From positions 14,074,001 through 14,138,000 of the forward strand of contig CM060732.1 of assembly GCA_030704615.1 (NCBI GenBank): a stretch of DNA of 64,000 bases, read 5' to 3'. The notes beneath the pieces are model-generated. The model worked only from the letters and a program-made list of their open reading frames with translations, did not search any database and had not been told where the DNA came from. Position 1 is the first letter of the stretch. The number at the start of each line of letters is the position of its first letter. Source of the DNA: Takakia lepidozioides (Eukaryota; Plantae; Bryophyta). The position numbers were made by a program, and so were the translations under genes. Shown here piece by piece: positions 37,426-49,200 of this stretch.

Positions 37426-38964
37426 AGCGTTCAGCCAGCTATGGCTGTCACCGAAGACGACGACCACGCTACACGGACGACTGACTCTCCCTACTAATTG
37501 CGGAGGGATGATGTCCATCCATCCGTCCATCCATCCATCCTCGAATGTGCTACATTTGATTTGAGGAGAAACGGCGGATGTACTCTCAGGGGGGAGGATT
37601 TTTGCGCTGTATTAAAGTTATCCGTTAAGTGAACCGGATGCGGGGCGAGTGCGGCCAGTTTGGCCAAAAGACACGATGAATGTGAAAAGGCGCGGGCGGG
37701 CAAAGTACAAGCAAATAAAACAAAGGGCGAAACTCATTTTGGCGTGAAAAAGCACGTAGAACGTGTTTGATCCCGTCTTGCATCCGCGGGCCCCACACCA
37801 TGCGAAGGCAGTGAGGCGCAAGTCCAAGGCTACAGTGAGGGGAGCTGTCGCGATTGCCGAGGAGGAAGGAGGCGGGCCAGAGCTGCGGGGCCTGTTTGCA
37901 TACAGAAGGAAAGAGGAGGGCAAGATAACAAAGGGATGTGGGTTTGCGCTCCATTGAGGGGCATTGCTGTGATCGTCGAAGGACGAGGCGGGCCAGGGCT
38001 GCAGGGCCGGTCTCCGGCGAGCGCGTAGCTTGGTTATTACTAAGCGCTCAATCTTTCTCCTTCATATCGATCACAGCGTCATCAAGGTAGCTTCCTTCAA
38101 GCACTGATATCTCCTCCCAATCCCTACCTACTGCACCGCCCATCAGAATGTTGTCTTCTCCACGAAGATTGCTGCATTCTTCTCTTCATGATGGTGCCTT
38201 GGACTTCCTAACCTCGTCTGCTCTGGGATAAGATCAATTATCTGATTCTGCAATTTATCCTCCTACAAGCACCCAGCATGTTTCATCATTCTATTCCAGC
38301 TGAAACTGCCACTCAAATATTTATGTGGAGTGATGCCAACCGTTCTGGGAATTCATTATTTTTGTGGCTGTCTTGCAGTCCAAGTAACTGGAGATATGTG
38401 GAAGGAGAGTTGAAGTGTCAACTTAGCTACAAGTTTTTGATCCAGGGTAACCTCTTTCTTTTATGTTATTCATACACTGATTTTGACATTTTGAATCAAA
38501 TGGAACTTCTAGCATGGTGGATTTACTCACTGAGAATGTGAATTTTAGGAAGGCAGAGCCCCATGCTAAATAATCAACCCCAGCTCTCCTTCGTAACACC
38601 CAGTGCTCAGATTTGAAAATCTACACAAAAGCACAATTTGGTAAGTGCCTTAAATGGGATCCATATCGTCGTTGAACACATTCCCCAAAATTGCTTTATT
38701 TGACATAGGCCTTCTTCCAATGGTTCCTGCTCCCATCCCCTCCCTCTCAGCCTTAAAATCAGCTTAGTTTGTTGGTACACCGGCAATCACAAGCCCTTCA
38801 TAAGCCCTGGTCCTACTTGCAGGCTTTGGTTCCATCATCACTGCCCTATTGAAATCTTTTGAAGGCAGGGATTTTGAATTTGTCTCTATGGCCCTCTTAT
38901 ACTGCGGGGTGATTTGTACTGATTACACAGCTCTTAAATTTGGACATAGGTTCCAATAAGAGAG

Positions 38965-41900
38965 ATCCGTTCTGTTAGCATTGACTATCTTAGCAAGAAT
39001 AGTGCACAATATCTTGTTGGTGGCCTCTGCTTGCCCATTACCCTGTGGGTAATAAGTTGTGCTCTTCCTGTGCACAATCATAAATTCCTTGGTCAGTAGT
39101 TCAATGGTCTCATTGATGAAATGACTCCCCAGATCACTGATGAACTCTAAGGGACAGCCAAATCTCGTGATAATGTTCTCATAAAGAAATCTAGCTGTAG
39201 ATTTCGCCGTGTTATCCCGCAGTGTTTTGGCTTCTACCCACTTAGTAGTATAATCAGTAGCTGTGATTATATACTTGTTCTGTGTGTTTCTTGCAAGTGG
39301 GTTGATTGGGCCAACAAAATCCAATCCCCATTTCTGGAATGGTTCAGTAGGCATTGTAGGATGTAAAGCCATCTTCCCTGATCTCTGCAATGGTCCTAAT
39401 CTTTGGCACTCATCACAGTTGTTGCAAAAATTGTGTACATCCTTGAATAATGTAGGCCACCAATATCTTGCAAGTAATATCTTTCTACTGCTAATCTCCT
39501 CTCCAAAGTGTCCTCCAGCCACTCCCTTATGAGTTTCTTCCAACACCTATGTACCCACCCAATCATCCATGGTCTTCATATCACTGTCTTCAGAAGATGG
39601 TTGTACGATTGACATGTTACTTTGTGGCGGCGCATTCATAAGACAATATAAAGTAAGTGAACCACATAGTCTGGCATATACATAAACTCATATTCAGCCG
39701 TGCTGAAACCAGATGGTACTCACTCATTAACGCCGGCACCTATCAAGGACGACCACCAGACCACACGGTACCACCATGGTTTCTGCCTTGTGCATGCACC
39801 CACTCGCCATGCACCTGCCCCGCTAGGCTTTGCCCCGATATCCTACTTGTCCTAGGCCTACCCACTAACACCCCATTATCCACTGCACCTTCCCCACAAC
39901 TTATCATACACTTCCTTGAATTCACATATTGTAATGATCGCTATCCCAACGACTCGATTTTGGAAAGACGGCAAAAATATGCCCCGCTCATCCTTGCACT
40001 CCGCCGGCGAGGCTGGAATACCGGCCCACTTACAGACATTACTGCCGGAACTAGGGGAGGCATCCACAATGCCAGTATCAATGCTCTACATGACAATTTC
40101 AAAATCCCTATCCCCCCTATCCATAAATATTTTAAAGCAATCCACCTCACGGCACTCCGCTCCCTCACAACCATCATTACCAACAAACGACAATTAGAAT
40201 CCAGCTCTTCGTCGGTACCCTAGGCACCCCAGCGTACCCAAGGGTACCTCTGGTACCTCTTTACCCCCGGTCACCTGGTGTCCTCTTGGACACCTTTGTT
40301 TCTTATAGGGCCCACTCCCGAAAGGGGGCAGTAGCCGCAAGGTGAAGTGGCTCCTAGTTACGTCGGCTTTGGCCGAAGTCTTCTCTCTTTCTTCCAACAC
40401 CTTATTGACTCCATGTTGGTACAAATATCTCTTCAGTACTCCATCAGGTCCTAGCTTATAATGTTTTCCTCCTATCATAGTGTATGGTAAAGCCTTGATG
40501 CTATTCTCTTTCTCTGCTCCTTCCCATAACTAGGTGGGCACTGTCCATGAGTCAAATAGTATCTGATTGGCCACTGCCAGTCTAACCAATCATCAGCCCC
40601 CACTTCTACTGCAAATAGACTAGCATCAGATAGTTGATCGTCCACCCCTGTGGCGGGTTCTCCTGTTGCGAGGCGTGACAAGTGATCTGCCACAAGATGC
40701 AACCGTCCAGGCTTGTAAACAACTTCGAATTCAAACTCATGCAGTATAATTAGCCATCTTGTTATCCTTCCACTTATCAAAGGCTTGTTCACCAAATAAA
40801 TCAGAGCCTGATGATCCACATAGAACATGAATTTCCTTCCCAGCAAATAATGTTTGAACTTCTTGACTGAGTAAATCATTGCCAAAGCCTCTCTTTCGGT
40901 GGTGCTATAATTCCTTTCAGCACTATTCAATAATCTGCTAGCATAGTATACAGATGAATCTATGTTTCTTGTGACGTTTTGAGCTTTACAGCTCCCAATG
41001 GTTCTCCTGAGGCATCACAATGTACATGAAATACCATATGTCAATGGGGGTTAATCAGCACAGGTGTAGTTGTTACTGACAATGTAAGTTCCTCAAAGGC
41101 CTGTTGGCATTCAACTGTCCATGCATACACTGCATCCTTCTTCAAGAGCTTGTTCAATGGTGCAGCCTTCTGTGCATATCGTCTGACAAACCTTCTATAA
41201 TAACTAGTTTGTCCAAGGAATCTCCTTAGAGCCTTAACATTAGTTGGTGGTGGAGATGCTTTGATAGCCTCTATCTTCTTAGGGTCCACAAGCAGTCCCT
41301 TCTGACACACAATGTGTCCCAGAAGAACTCCTGAGTTCACACAGAAAGTACACTTTTCTGGATTCAACCCCAGGCCTCTCATCCTGCATCTGGCTAAGCA
41401 TAATTCCAATTTCTGCAAGTGTTCATTCTTTAGAGCTGTAAACACTGAAGTCATCTAAGAACACCTGCATGAAGTCATCCAAGTACTCATGGAAAGATTC
41501 ACTGATTACTCTTTGGAAAGTTGCTAGTGCATTGCAAAGTCCAAAAGGCATGACTTTGTAAGCATAAGCACCCCAATCAGTAATGAAAGCAATTTTTCCT
41601 TGATCCTCTTTAGCTACTTGTACTTGGTTATACCCACGAAGCCATCCATGAATGAGTACATCTCATGGCCTGCTACACTATCTAGCACAGCTTGTGTGAA
41701 TGGCAAGGGAAATGGATCTTTTTTTGTGCAATCATTCAGTTTCTTGTAGTTAACACAAACTCTCAGCTTGCCATTCTTCTTTGGAACTATCACAAGTTGT
41801 GTACTCTATTGGGTATATGAACTTAGCCTCGGCCAACTTCTTTATCTCCTCCCCAATCTTCTGTGCATAGTTGGGATTCATCCTGTACCTTGCTTGTTTA

Positions 41901-44537
41901 ATTGGTACTGAACCTAGTTCCAACTCAATTTTGTGTTGGCAAATCTCAGGGGGTATTTCTTTCAAATCCTCATAGCTCCAAGCAAATACATCTCTGTATT
42001 TGATGAATAAACTCTTAGCTTCCTCAAATAATTCAGGTTCCAAGTCAGCCCCTATTTTTACCATTCTTGGTTCCTCCTCAGTTCCCACATTAACTTCCCT
42101 CACTTGCTCTTTAGCTGTGATAGTCCACCCAGCCACTATTTCATCCTGTAAACTAATGGTGGTTGGTTCCTCTAGGATTTCCATTTCTCCCTCTCTTTCT
42201 TCATAGAAATGTGGTGGGTAACTGCTTTTTTCCCCCCGCAAATGGCATTGTTGTCACTGCACCACAGCATGTACCCTTTAAGCAACTCGATCCTCCTAGT
42301 TGCATTTCTGCAACTTACTCCCACTATGGGTGTGCAGTAAACAGGGTAGCCTCCTGTTCTTCATCAAGTCCTCCCGACCAGTCATACTCTCTGACTCCAC
42401 GAGGTCTCCGGGTAGTAGGTAGCCTACCAGATTTCTTGGTTGTGATCTGTATCTTGTGCTTCCCATTATGCACAGTCAATAACTGGGAATTCCAGTCATG
42501 GAATACCTTGGCATTTTTCAGCCATGATCGTCCTAGCAATAAGGAATATGCTTCCATGACATCATCCAACTTCAACACAGTTACTGTGATCTTGAAAACC
42601 ATCTTTTGAATCTGTATTTTTACTCCTCTTATCAAGCCCAATGGTTGTACACTTCTTTGATTTTCCATTGTTACTATGTATGGGGCTGGGGTCGTGATAC
42701 CAGCACCATGACCCATCACGGATCTATCAGTACATCAGTCAACTCTGTGCTTCCAATTTTCAATTGGATCACTGGCATGGAGTCATCAAAGTCCATGACA
42801 ACTTCTTGCCCTTCAGGCTTCACATTATAACTTGTCACGTTGCTGCACAGGTCTGTACTTTATGTTACATGAGCAATCTGATTGATTGCTTGATACAGCC
42901 TATGTCTGCAGTGGGGTGTTACGGCCAATAGCTGCCCAATTGTAATCTCTGCTTTGGATTGGCATATTACTTCAGTCAATGCTCCTTCAGTATTCATCAC
43001 CTGTGAAGCATCATGCTTCAATGTTTCTTCATCTTCATAGATTCTTCTTCATCTTCTTCAGAGTCTGATGACTCTGGTATAGGGATATCTGTCTCTTTCT
43101 GCATTTCCCTTATAGTTTCTGTCACTTCCTTGTGCAGTTCCTTCTCTTCCCTCCATGCCTCATCATCCTCAGGTACGTCACTGTCATCCTCATTATCCTC
43201 TCTATCTTCATCTACAGGAGGCAATAATTTAGCCTTACTTCTGGTAACTATCATGGTACTCACTTCTGGTACATAACATGGCATTACCATGTGTGCTGCC
43301 ACTACTGGGCCTTCATTTGCAAGAATTCTCATCTCATCCTGATGTCTTGTCCAGAAGGGGCAAGCTGCTTTGCGATGTCCTGGTTGGTTACAATAGTAAC
43401 ACACTTCTTTACCATTGGGTCCTCGCCCCTGGTCCATTCTGGGATTATTTCTATAATCCTGATTCCCTGGCTGGTAATTCCCCCTTGGATTACCCTGATA
43501 GTTGCCTCTGGGATTGCCTTGGTAATTCCCTCTTGGATTACCTCTTCCTAGCATGCCATTGTTATATCCACCAGGTCTACCATAGTTACCCTGGTCATTG
43601 TTCCTTCTAGGCTGGGGTTGCACTTGATGCACTCTCACCTGCCTATTTTCCCTTGTACCTGCCTTTATGTTGTAATAACAATTCTCAGTAAAATGGTTAT
43701 CCATTTTACAGATAGCACAATGTTTCTCCTTCATGTGGCATTCGGCTGTGGTATGGCCTTCATTTTGGCATTTTGAACACCAGGCACCCTTCCTCCAGTG
43801 TACTGCGGCTTCTGTAGCATACTTCTTCAAGATATCTTCCAATCTTCTCTCATAGTTAACTTTCTCTAACTTTTCCTTCTTCTTGGACTTTTTCTTGTCT
43901 TTTTGTTCCTCTTCCTCATCTGAATCATCTTCAGAGTCGTCATCATCCTTTTTATCCTTCCTGAGCATTTTTTCTTGCTCAATTTTGTTGGCTGTTTCAA
44001 ATGCCTCTTCCACTGTATTATGTGGTAACATATCCACTTTCTTTTGTAACTCTAGTCTCAGACCATTTACGAACCAAGCATTTTGTATACTTGCAGGTGG
44101 CACATCAGCCAGTTTCTTCACCATTAATTCTATCTTTTCCAGATATTCCTCAACATTTCATGCTTCTTCTGTCTCAACTGTTGTAGGCTAGTATATACTT
44201 CCTCCGTAGTTTTGCTTGTCCTGAATCTGTTCCTGAATGCTGTTCTAAGGCTATTCCAGGTTAAAAAATAATTATCAAGAAATTGAGCATGCCACTCAAT
44301 TGCTTTCTTGATAAGTGAACAAGGAAATAATCTCAGTTTTGCATCATCATCATTCTCATTGTTCACTACACACGTGCTCAAATTGATTGACGTGTACATC
44401 AGGATCCCCTTTTCCTGAGTAGACCGGAAAACGTGGTCTTATACGTGTCGGAGCTACTGCTGCCATCATTGGCCCTACTCCTGGCCCTGTGGCTGGTGCT
44501 GGACCTCCTGTAGGTGTTGGTCCTTGAGGACCCCCTG
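38965..44537 (-). mobile_element. Decayed non-chromoviral Ty3/gypsy internal region (gag-PR-RT-RH-partial INT), truncated at both ends
   Basis: Frameshifted peptides nearly collinear with 46680-51440 (three CCHC-type knuckles, LLGRSWL, NYSTTEREALA, KWGLDFVGP, YYPQGNGQAE). Confidence 0.93.
39549..40387 (+). mobile_element. 5'-truncated non-LTR retrotransposon 3' end with a restriction-like endonuclease (RLE), inserted in the gypsy integrase
   Basis: 15-bp TSD TTTCTTCCAACACCT at 39534-39548 and 40388-40402. ORF 39657-40223 has PDILLV...HFLEFTYCND...QKYAPL...GW...AGTRG, a PD-(D/E)xK-type RLE as in R2/NeSL/Dualen-type elements. Confidence 0.85.
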
Positions 44538-44603
44538 TGATAGTGTAGTGTGAGTATGGGGGGGGGGGCGGGTTGGGGGGTTTTGGGCCAAGACACTAAA
44601 AAT

Positions 44604-44685
44604 AGAGAAGACACCGGCCGAAGCCGGCGTAACTAAGAGCCACTTCGCCTTGCGGCTACTGCCCCCTTTCGGGGGTGGGCCCTAT
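44604..44685 (-). mobile_element. 82-bp insertion consisting only of the RLE-LINE 3'-terminal structured segment
   Basis: Matches 40305-40387; flanked by 8-bp direct repeat CTAAAAAT (44596-44603, 44686-44693). Confidence 0.8.
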
Positions 44686-46255
44686 CTAAAAATCATATGG
44701 TGGATGCAAAGAAAGATTACTTGAGCAAATGTACATGTGTTAAAAACTTTATTGCGCAAGTTACCAAACTCATCTCCTTATCCCTTGCATCAACGTTAAT
44801 TAACTCCTTGCTTCCAGGTAATTCGAGAAGATTGACAGTGCGATTCAGCTTCCCTTGGTTCCTTGCCCCTTTGCCTTCCTAGCAGCATCGTCTTCCTCAT
44901 CCTGCCATCACCCGTCATCCTGATATATCATCCTTAATGAATGACATCCATCCGATGGATGAACTCTGCAGCTGACAGATGAAAGGGGCGGTGCCGTTGT
45001 TGGCTTGATGAGGCATGTGACTTGGGATCTCTGGAAATTGGCCTTGAAGGGGATCACGACTGATGCTGCGAGAACGAGAAGAGGCAGGGCTGTGCATAGT
45101 AGGTAATGAGACCATTCTGCTTCTTTCTTGCTTCTATCTTAGGGTATGTGTGACTTAGCAGTAATGAAGGCAGATAATGGCTGGTTAGATAGGGCAGCTT
45201 GGCGAACTGTGCCTGCTGCCAGTAGGGATAGCAGCACCGCCACTGCTTAATGATTTGTAACTCGGGAAGGGCTGTGAAAGAGGCGGCGAAAGGATCGTAG
45301 GGATGTGGTTAATGACTCTGGGGAACTGGGTCATGAACAACCAGATGTGACAGGCATCTGGTGGGATCATGGTGGATGGAGAATCAAAGAATTTGATGTG
45401 AATCAAATTCCTTGTGAAACCGAGAAGGAAAGATTATCCAAACGATTCTTTCAGAGGTTCTTGGAATTGCCAGACGGTTGTAAAGAAAACATTCTTAAAA
45501 GAGTGCATGATGCTGACCCTGAATGGGGTCTGGAGAAAGGAGTGATAAAGATTTATCAGGTGGCCTGTAGAGGAAGAGCACGTTGGTTACCAACACTGGT
45601 TTATGTGATAGCATTGCTATCCATTAAGCGAGTAGAGTTTGAAGGCTGGGAGGAAAGAAAGGTGAATGTTTATACTCATATGCATGAAGAGCTTGTACTG
45701 GTAAAGAATTGGATTCCAAAGGATATTTTGTGGATCAAACTCACACCAAGAACAGCTTTCCAGACTTGTTTGCCATATGGTTATATGGTAACGGAGACTT
45801 CTAGTATAGCCAAGGGTGCATTGAAGCTTGAAAGAAACCCAGGCATATACGAGAGATATTACAGAAGAGAGTTTTGGTTATTGCCACATTAAAAGAAATG
45901 AAAGACATGGGACATGAGTGATGAAAGAGAAGCTAGACTCCAGAGATATTCAGCAAAAAGAGAAAGCTATCTGAAAGCTAATTATCAATATCTTTGGGAG
46001 AGAGGAATAGACATAGGGGAATCATCTGGACCTCTCACACCATTAAGATCAGGGAGTACATCACCCATACCGGAAGAACTAGAGTTGGATGCCACTCCTT
46101 CTTTTTCTTTGCAAGAAAGATTAAGGGAATTGGTACGGGAAGAAGATCAATCACGAGGTGAAAGATCTAAGGTACATCCCTGGATAAAAGATTTGGCAGA
46201 AATCTTTGATAAGAGTTGGCATTGAACACCAAAAGCAGGAACTCCAGTTTCTGAA

Positions 46256-49200
46256 GTGGAAGGTGAAGAAGGAGGAGAGGATGTGGCAGAGCCAACGGAG
46301 AGTTCAGACTCTCCAACACCATTGCAGTTGAGTTACATGAATGAAGAAGAAACCCAAGGGCAGAACTTGGAGGATGAAAACAGAGAGAAGAAATTGGAAG
46401 AGGAAGAGTATGAAGAAGTAGACCCAACAGCTGAGGTTGAGACTACAACCAGGACATCCCAACCCGTTGGACCTGGATCAAGTGGAGCACTTGGATCACA
46501 GGCCAACGAAGGTGTCGACTCAGGGGGATCAGGCGGGTTGCCTGGATTTGGCTCTAGGGGGACAGGGAGTGTGGGAAGTAGTACAACTGGAGCTGGGAAT
46601 ACTGTGAATATCGTGGGGCCAGTAGCAATGAGTGCTCAGGGGCCACCACTTGGTGGAAGATCCACCACAACTACAACAGGTCCTCAAGGACCAGCACCAG
46701 CAAGGGTACCAGCACCTGTCAGTGGGCAGAAGGAAGGGCCACTAATGGCGTTACAACCAACACGGGCAAAACCACATTTTCCAATATATTCAGGAAAAAA
46801 GGATCCTGATGTACACATTAGCCAATTTGAGCACATGTGTATAGTGAACAATGAGAATGGCGATGATGCCAAGATGAGATTGTTTCCTTGTTCACTTATC
46901 AAGAAAGCAAGTGAATGGTATGCAAGATTCCCTGATAATCATTTCCTAACCTGGAATGGCTTGAATACAGCATTCCGAAATAGGTTCAGGACAAGTAAAA
47001 CTGAGGATGAAGTGTATGGAAGTTTACAACAGTTAAAGCAAAAGAAGCATGAAACTGTTGAGGAGTATATGGAAAAGATGGAATTGATGATGAAAAAGCT
47101 GGCTGCTGTACCAGCACCAGGTTTACAGAAGACTTGGTTTGTGAGTGGACTAAGACCAGAGTTGCAGAAGAAAGTGGATATGTTACCCCATAATACAATG
47201 GAGGAGGCATTTGAAACTGCAAACAGAATTGAGCAATTGGGAATGCTCAAGAGAGAGAAAAGGGATGATGAGGACTCTGAGGATGAGTCAGATGAAGAAG
47301 AAGAGCAAGAACTGAAAAGGAATAGTAAGAGAAAGGAGAAGTTGAAGAGGGATAACTATGAGAAAAGATTAGAAGAAATCTTGAAGAAGTATGCCACAGA
47401 GGCTGCAACACATTGGAAGAAGGGTGTTTGGTGTGCAAAGTGCCAGAATGAAGGCCATACCACCACTGAATGCCACATGAAGGAGAAACACTGTACTATC
47501 TGTAAAATGGATAACCATTCTACTGAGAATTGTTACTACAACAGAAGGACAGCAGCGAGAGAACCTAGACAAGTAAGGGTGCATCAAGTGCAGCCCCAGC
47601 CGAGAAGAAACAATGATCAGGACCACTATGGTAGCCCTGGTGGTTATAACAATGGCATGGAAGGGAGAGGTAACTCAAGAGGGAATTACCAAGGAAATTC
47701 CAGAGGCAACTATCAGGGTAATCCAAGGGGGAATTACCAGCCAGGGAATCAGGATTACAGAAATAATCCAAGAGCAGACCAAGGGCGAGGACCCAATGGT
47801 GAAGAACTGTGTTACTATTGTAATCAGCCAGGACATCGCAAGGCAGCCTATTTGTTCTGGATTAGACACCAGAATGAGATGAGAGCTCCTGTGAATGAGG
47901 GCCCAGTGGTGGCAGCTCACATGGTTAGGCCATGTGTTGTACCAGAAGTAAGTACAATGATAGTAACAAGAAGCAAAGCCAAACTAATACCTCCAGTAGT
48001 TGAGGAAGATGATGATAATGAAGATGGCAGTGATATGCCTGAAGATGATGAGGCTTGGAGAGATGAGAAGGAACTGCACAAGGAAGTGGCAGATACCATA
48101 AGGAAAATGCAGAAGAGTAATGATATTCCTATGGCAGATTCCTCTGATTCTGATGGAGAAGAAGAAGTGAGTGAGGATGAAAGGAAGAAAGAAGTTGCAG
48201 ACATGCAAAGTAATGAAGGGACTTTGGCTGAAGTAATATGCCAGACCAAAACAGAAATTACCATTGGACAGCTATTGGCTGTGGCACCTTATTGTAGACA
48301 CAGGCTGTATCAAGCAATCAATCGAATTGCCCAGGAGATAGGAAACACAGACCTGAACAGCAAGGTGACCAGTTATAATGTGAAGCCGGAAGGGCGAGAA
48401 ACAGTCATGGACATTGATGATTCTATGCCAGTAATCCAATTGAGAATTGGAAGCACAGAACTAACTGATGTACTGATAGATGGAGGCTCTGGAGTAAATA
48501 TCATGACAGACCAATTAAGGAAGAAGCTTGGTCTAAGTAACATGAAACCAGCCCCATTTACAGTAACAATGGCAGATCAAAGAAGTGTACAGCCATTGGG
48601 ATTGATAAGAGGAGTTAAGATACAGATACAGAAGATGATCTTTATGATCACAGTAACTGTGTTGAAGATGGATGAAGTCATGGAGGCTTACTCCTTATTA
48701 TTGGGACGTCCGTGGCTGAAACAGGCCAGGGTATTCCATGACTGGAATTCTCAGTTACTAACTGTGCATAATGGGATGCATGAGATACAAATTACCACTA
48801 AGAAATCTAGTAGATTACCTGCTACGAGAAGACCTCGAGGGGTCAGAGAGTATGACTGGAGGGGAGGACTGGATGAGGAGCAGGAAACTACCTTGTTCGC
48901 CTGCACACCCGGAGTGGGAGCAGGTTGCAGAGATGCGGTTGGAAGGCCTAAGTTGTTTAAGAGGTATCTGCTGTGGTGTAGTGTCAGCAACACCAATTGA
49001 AGAGGAAACCAGCAGTTACCCATCACATTTCTATGAAGAAAGAGAAGGAGAAATGGAAATCCTAGAGGAACCAGCCACTGTGAGTTTACAGGATGAAGTG
49101 GTGACTGGTTGGACAATCACAGCGGATGAGCAAGTGAGGGAAGTGAATGTGGGAACTGAAGAGGAACCGAGGATGGTGAAAGTAGGAGCTGATTTGGAGC

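Noticed and set aside
40325-40350. 16S rRNA helix-27 fragment (GGGG.AGTA.GCCGCAAGG)
   Set aside because: Similarity is limited to the loop-E/GCAA motif with no flanking rRNA sequence; more likely convergent structure.
44900-45352. 5' LTR/PBS of the plus-strand gypsy element
   Set aside because: GATGTGACA at ~45352 is LTR-end-like, but there is no partner LTR, recognisable PBS or TSD in the window.
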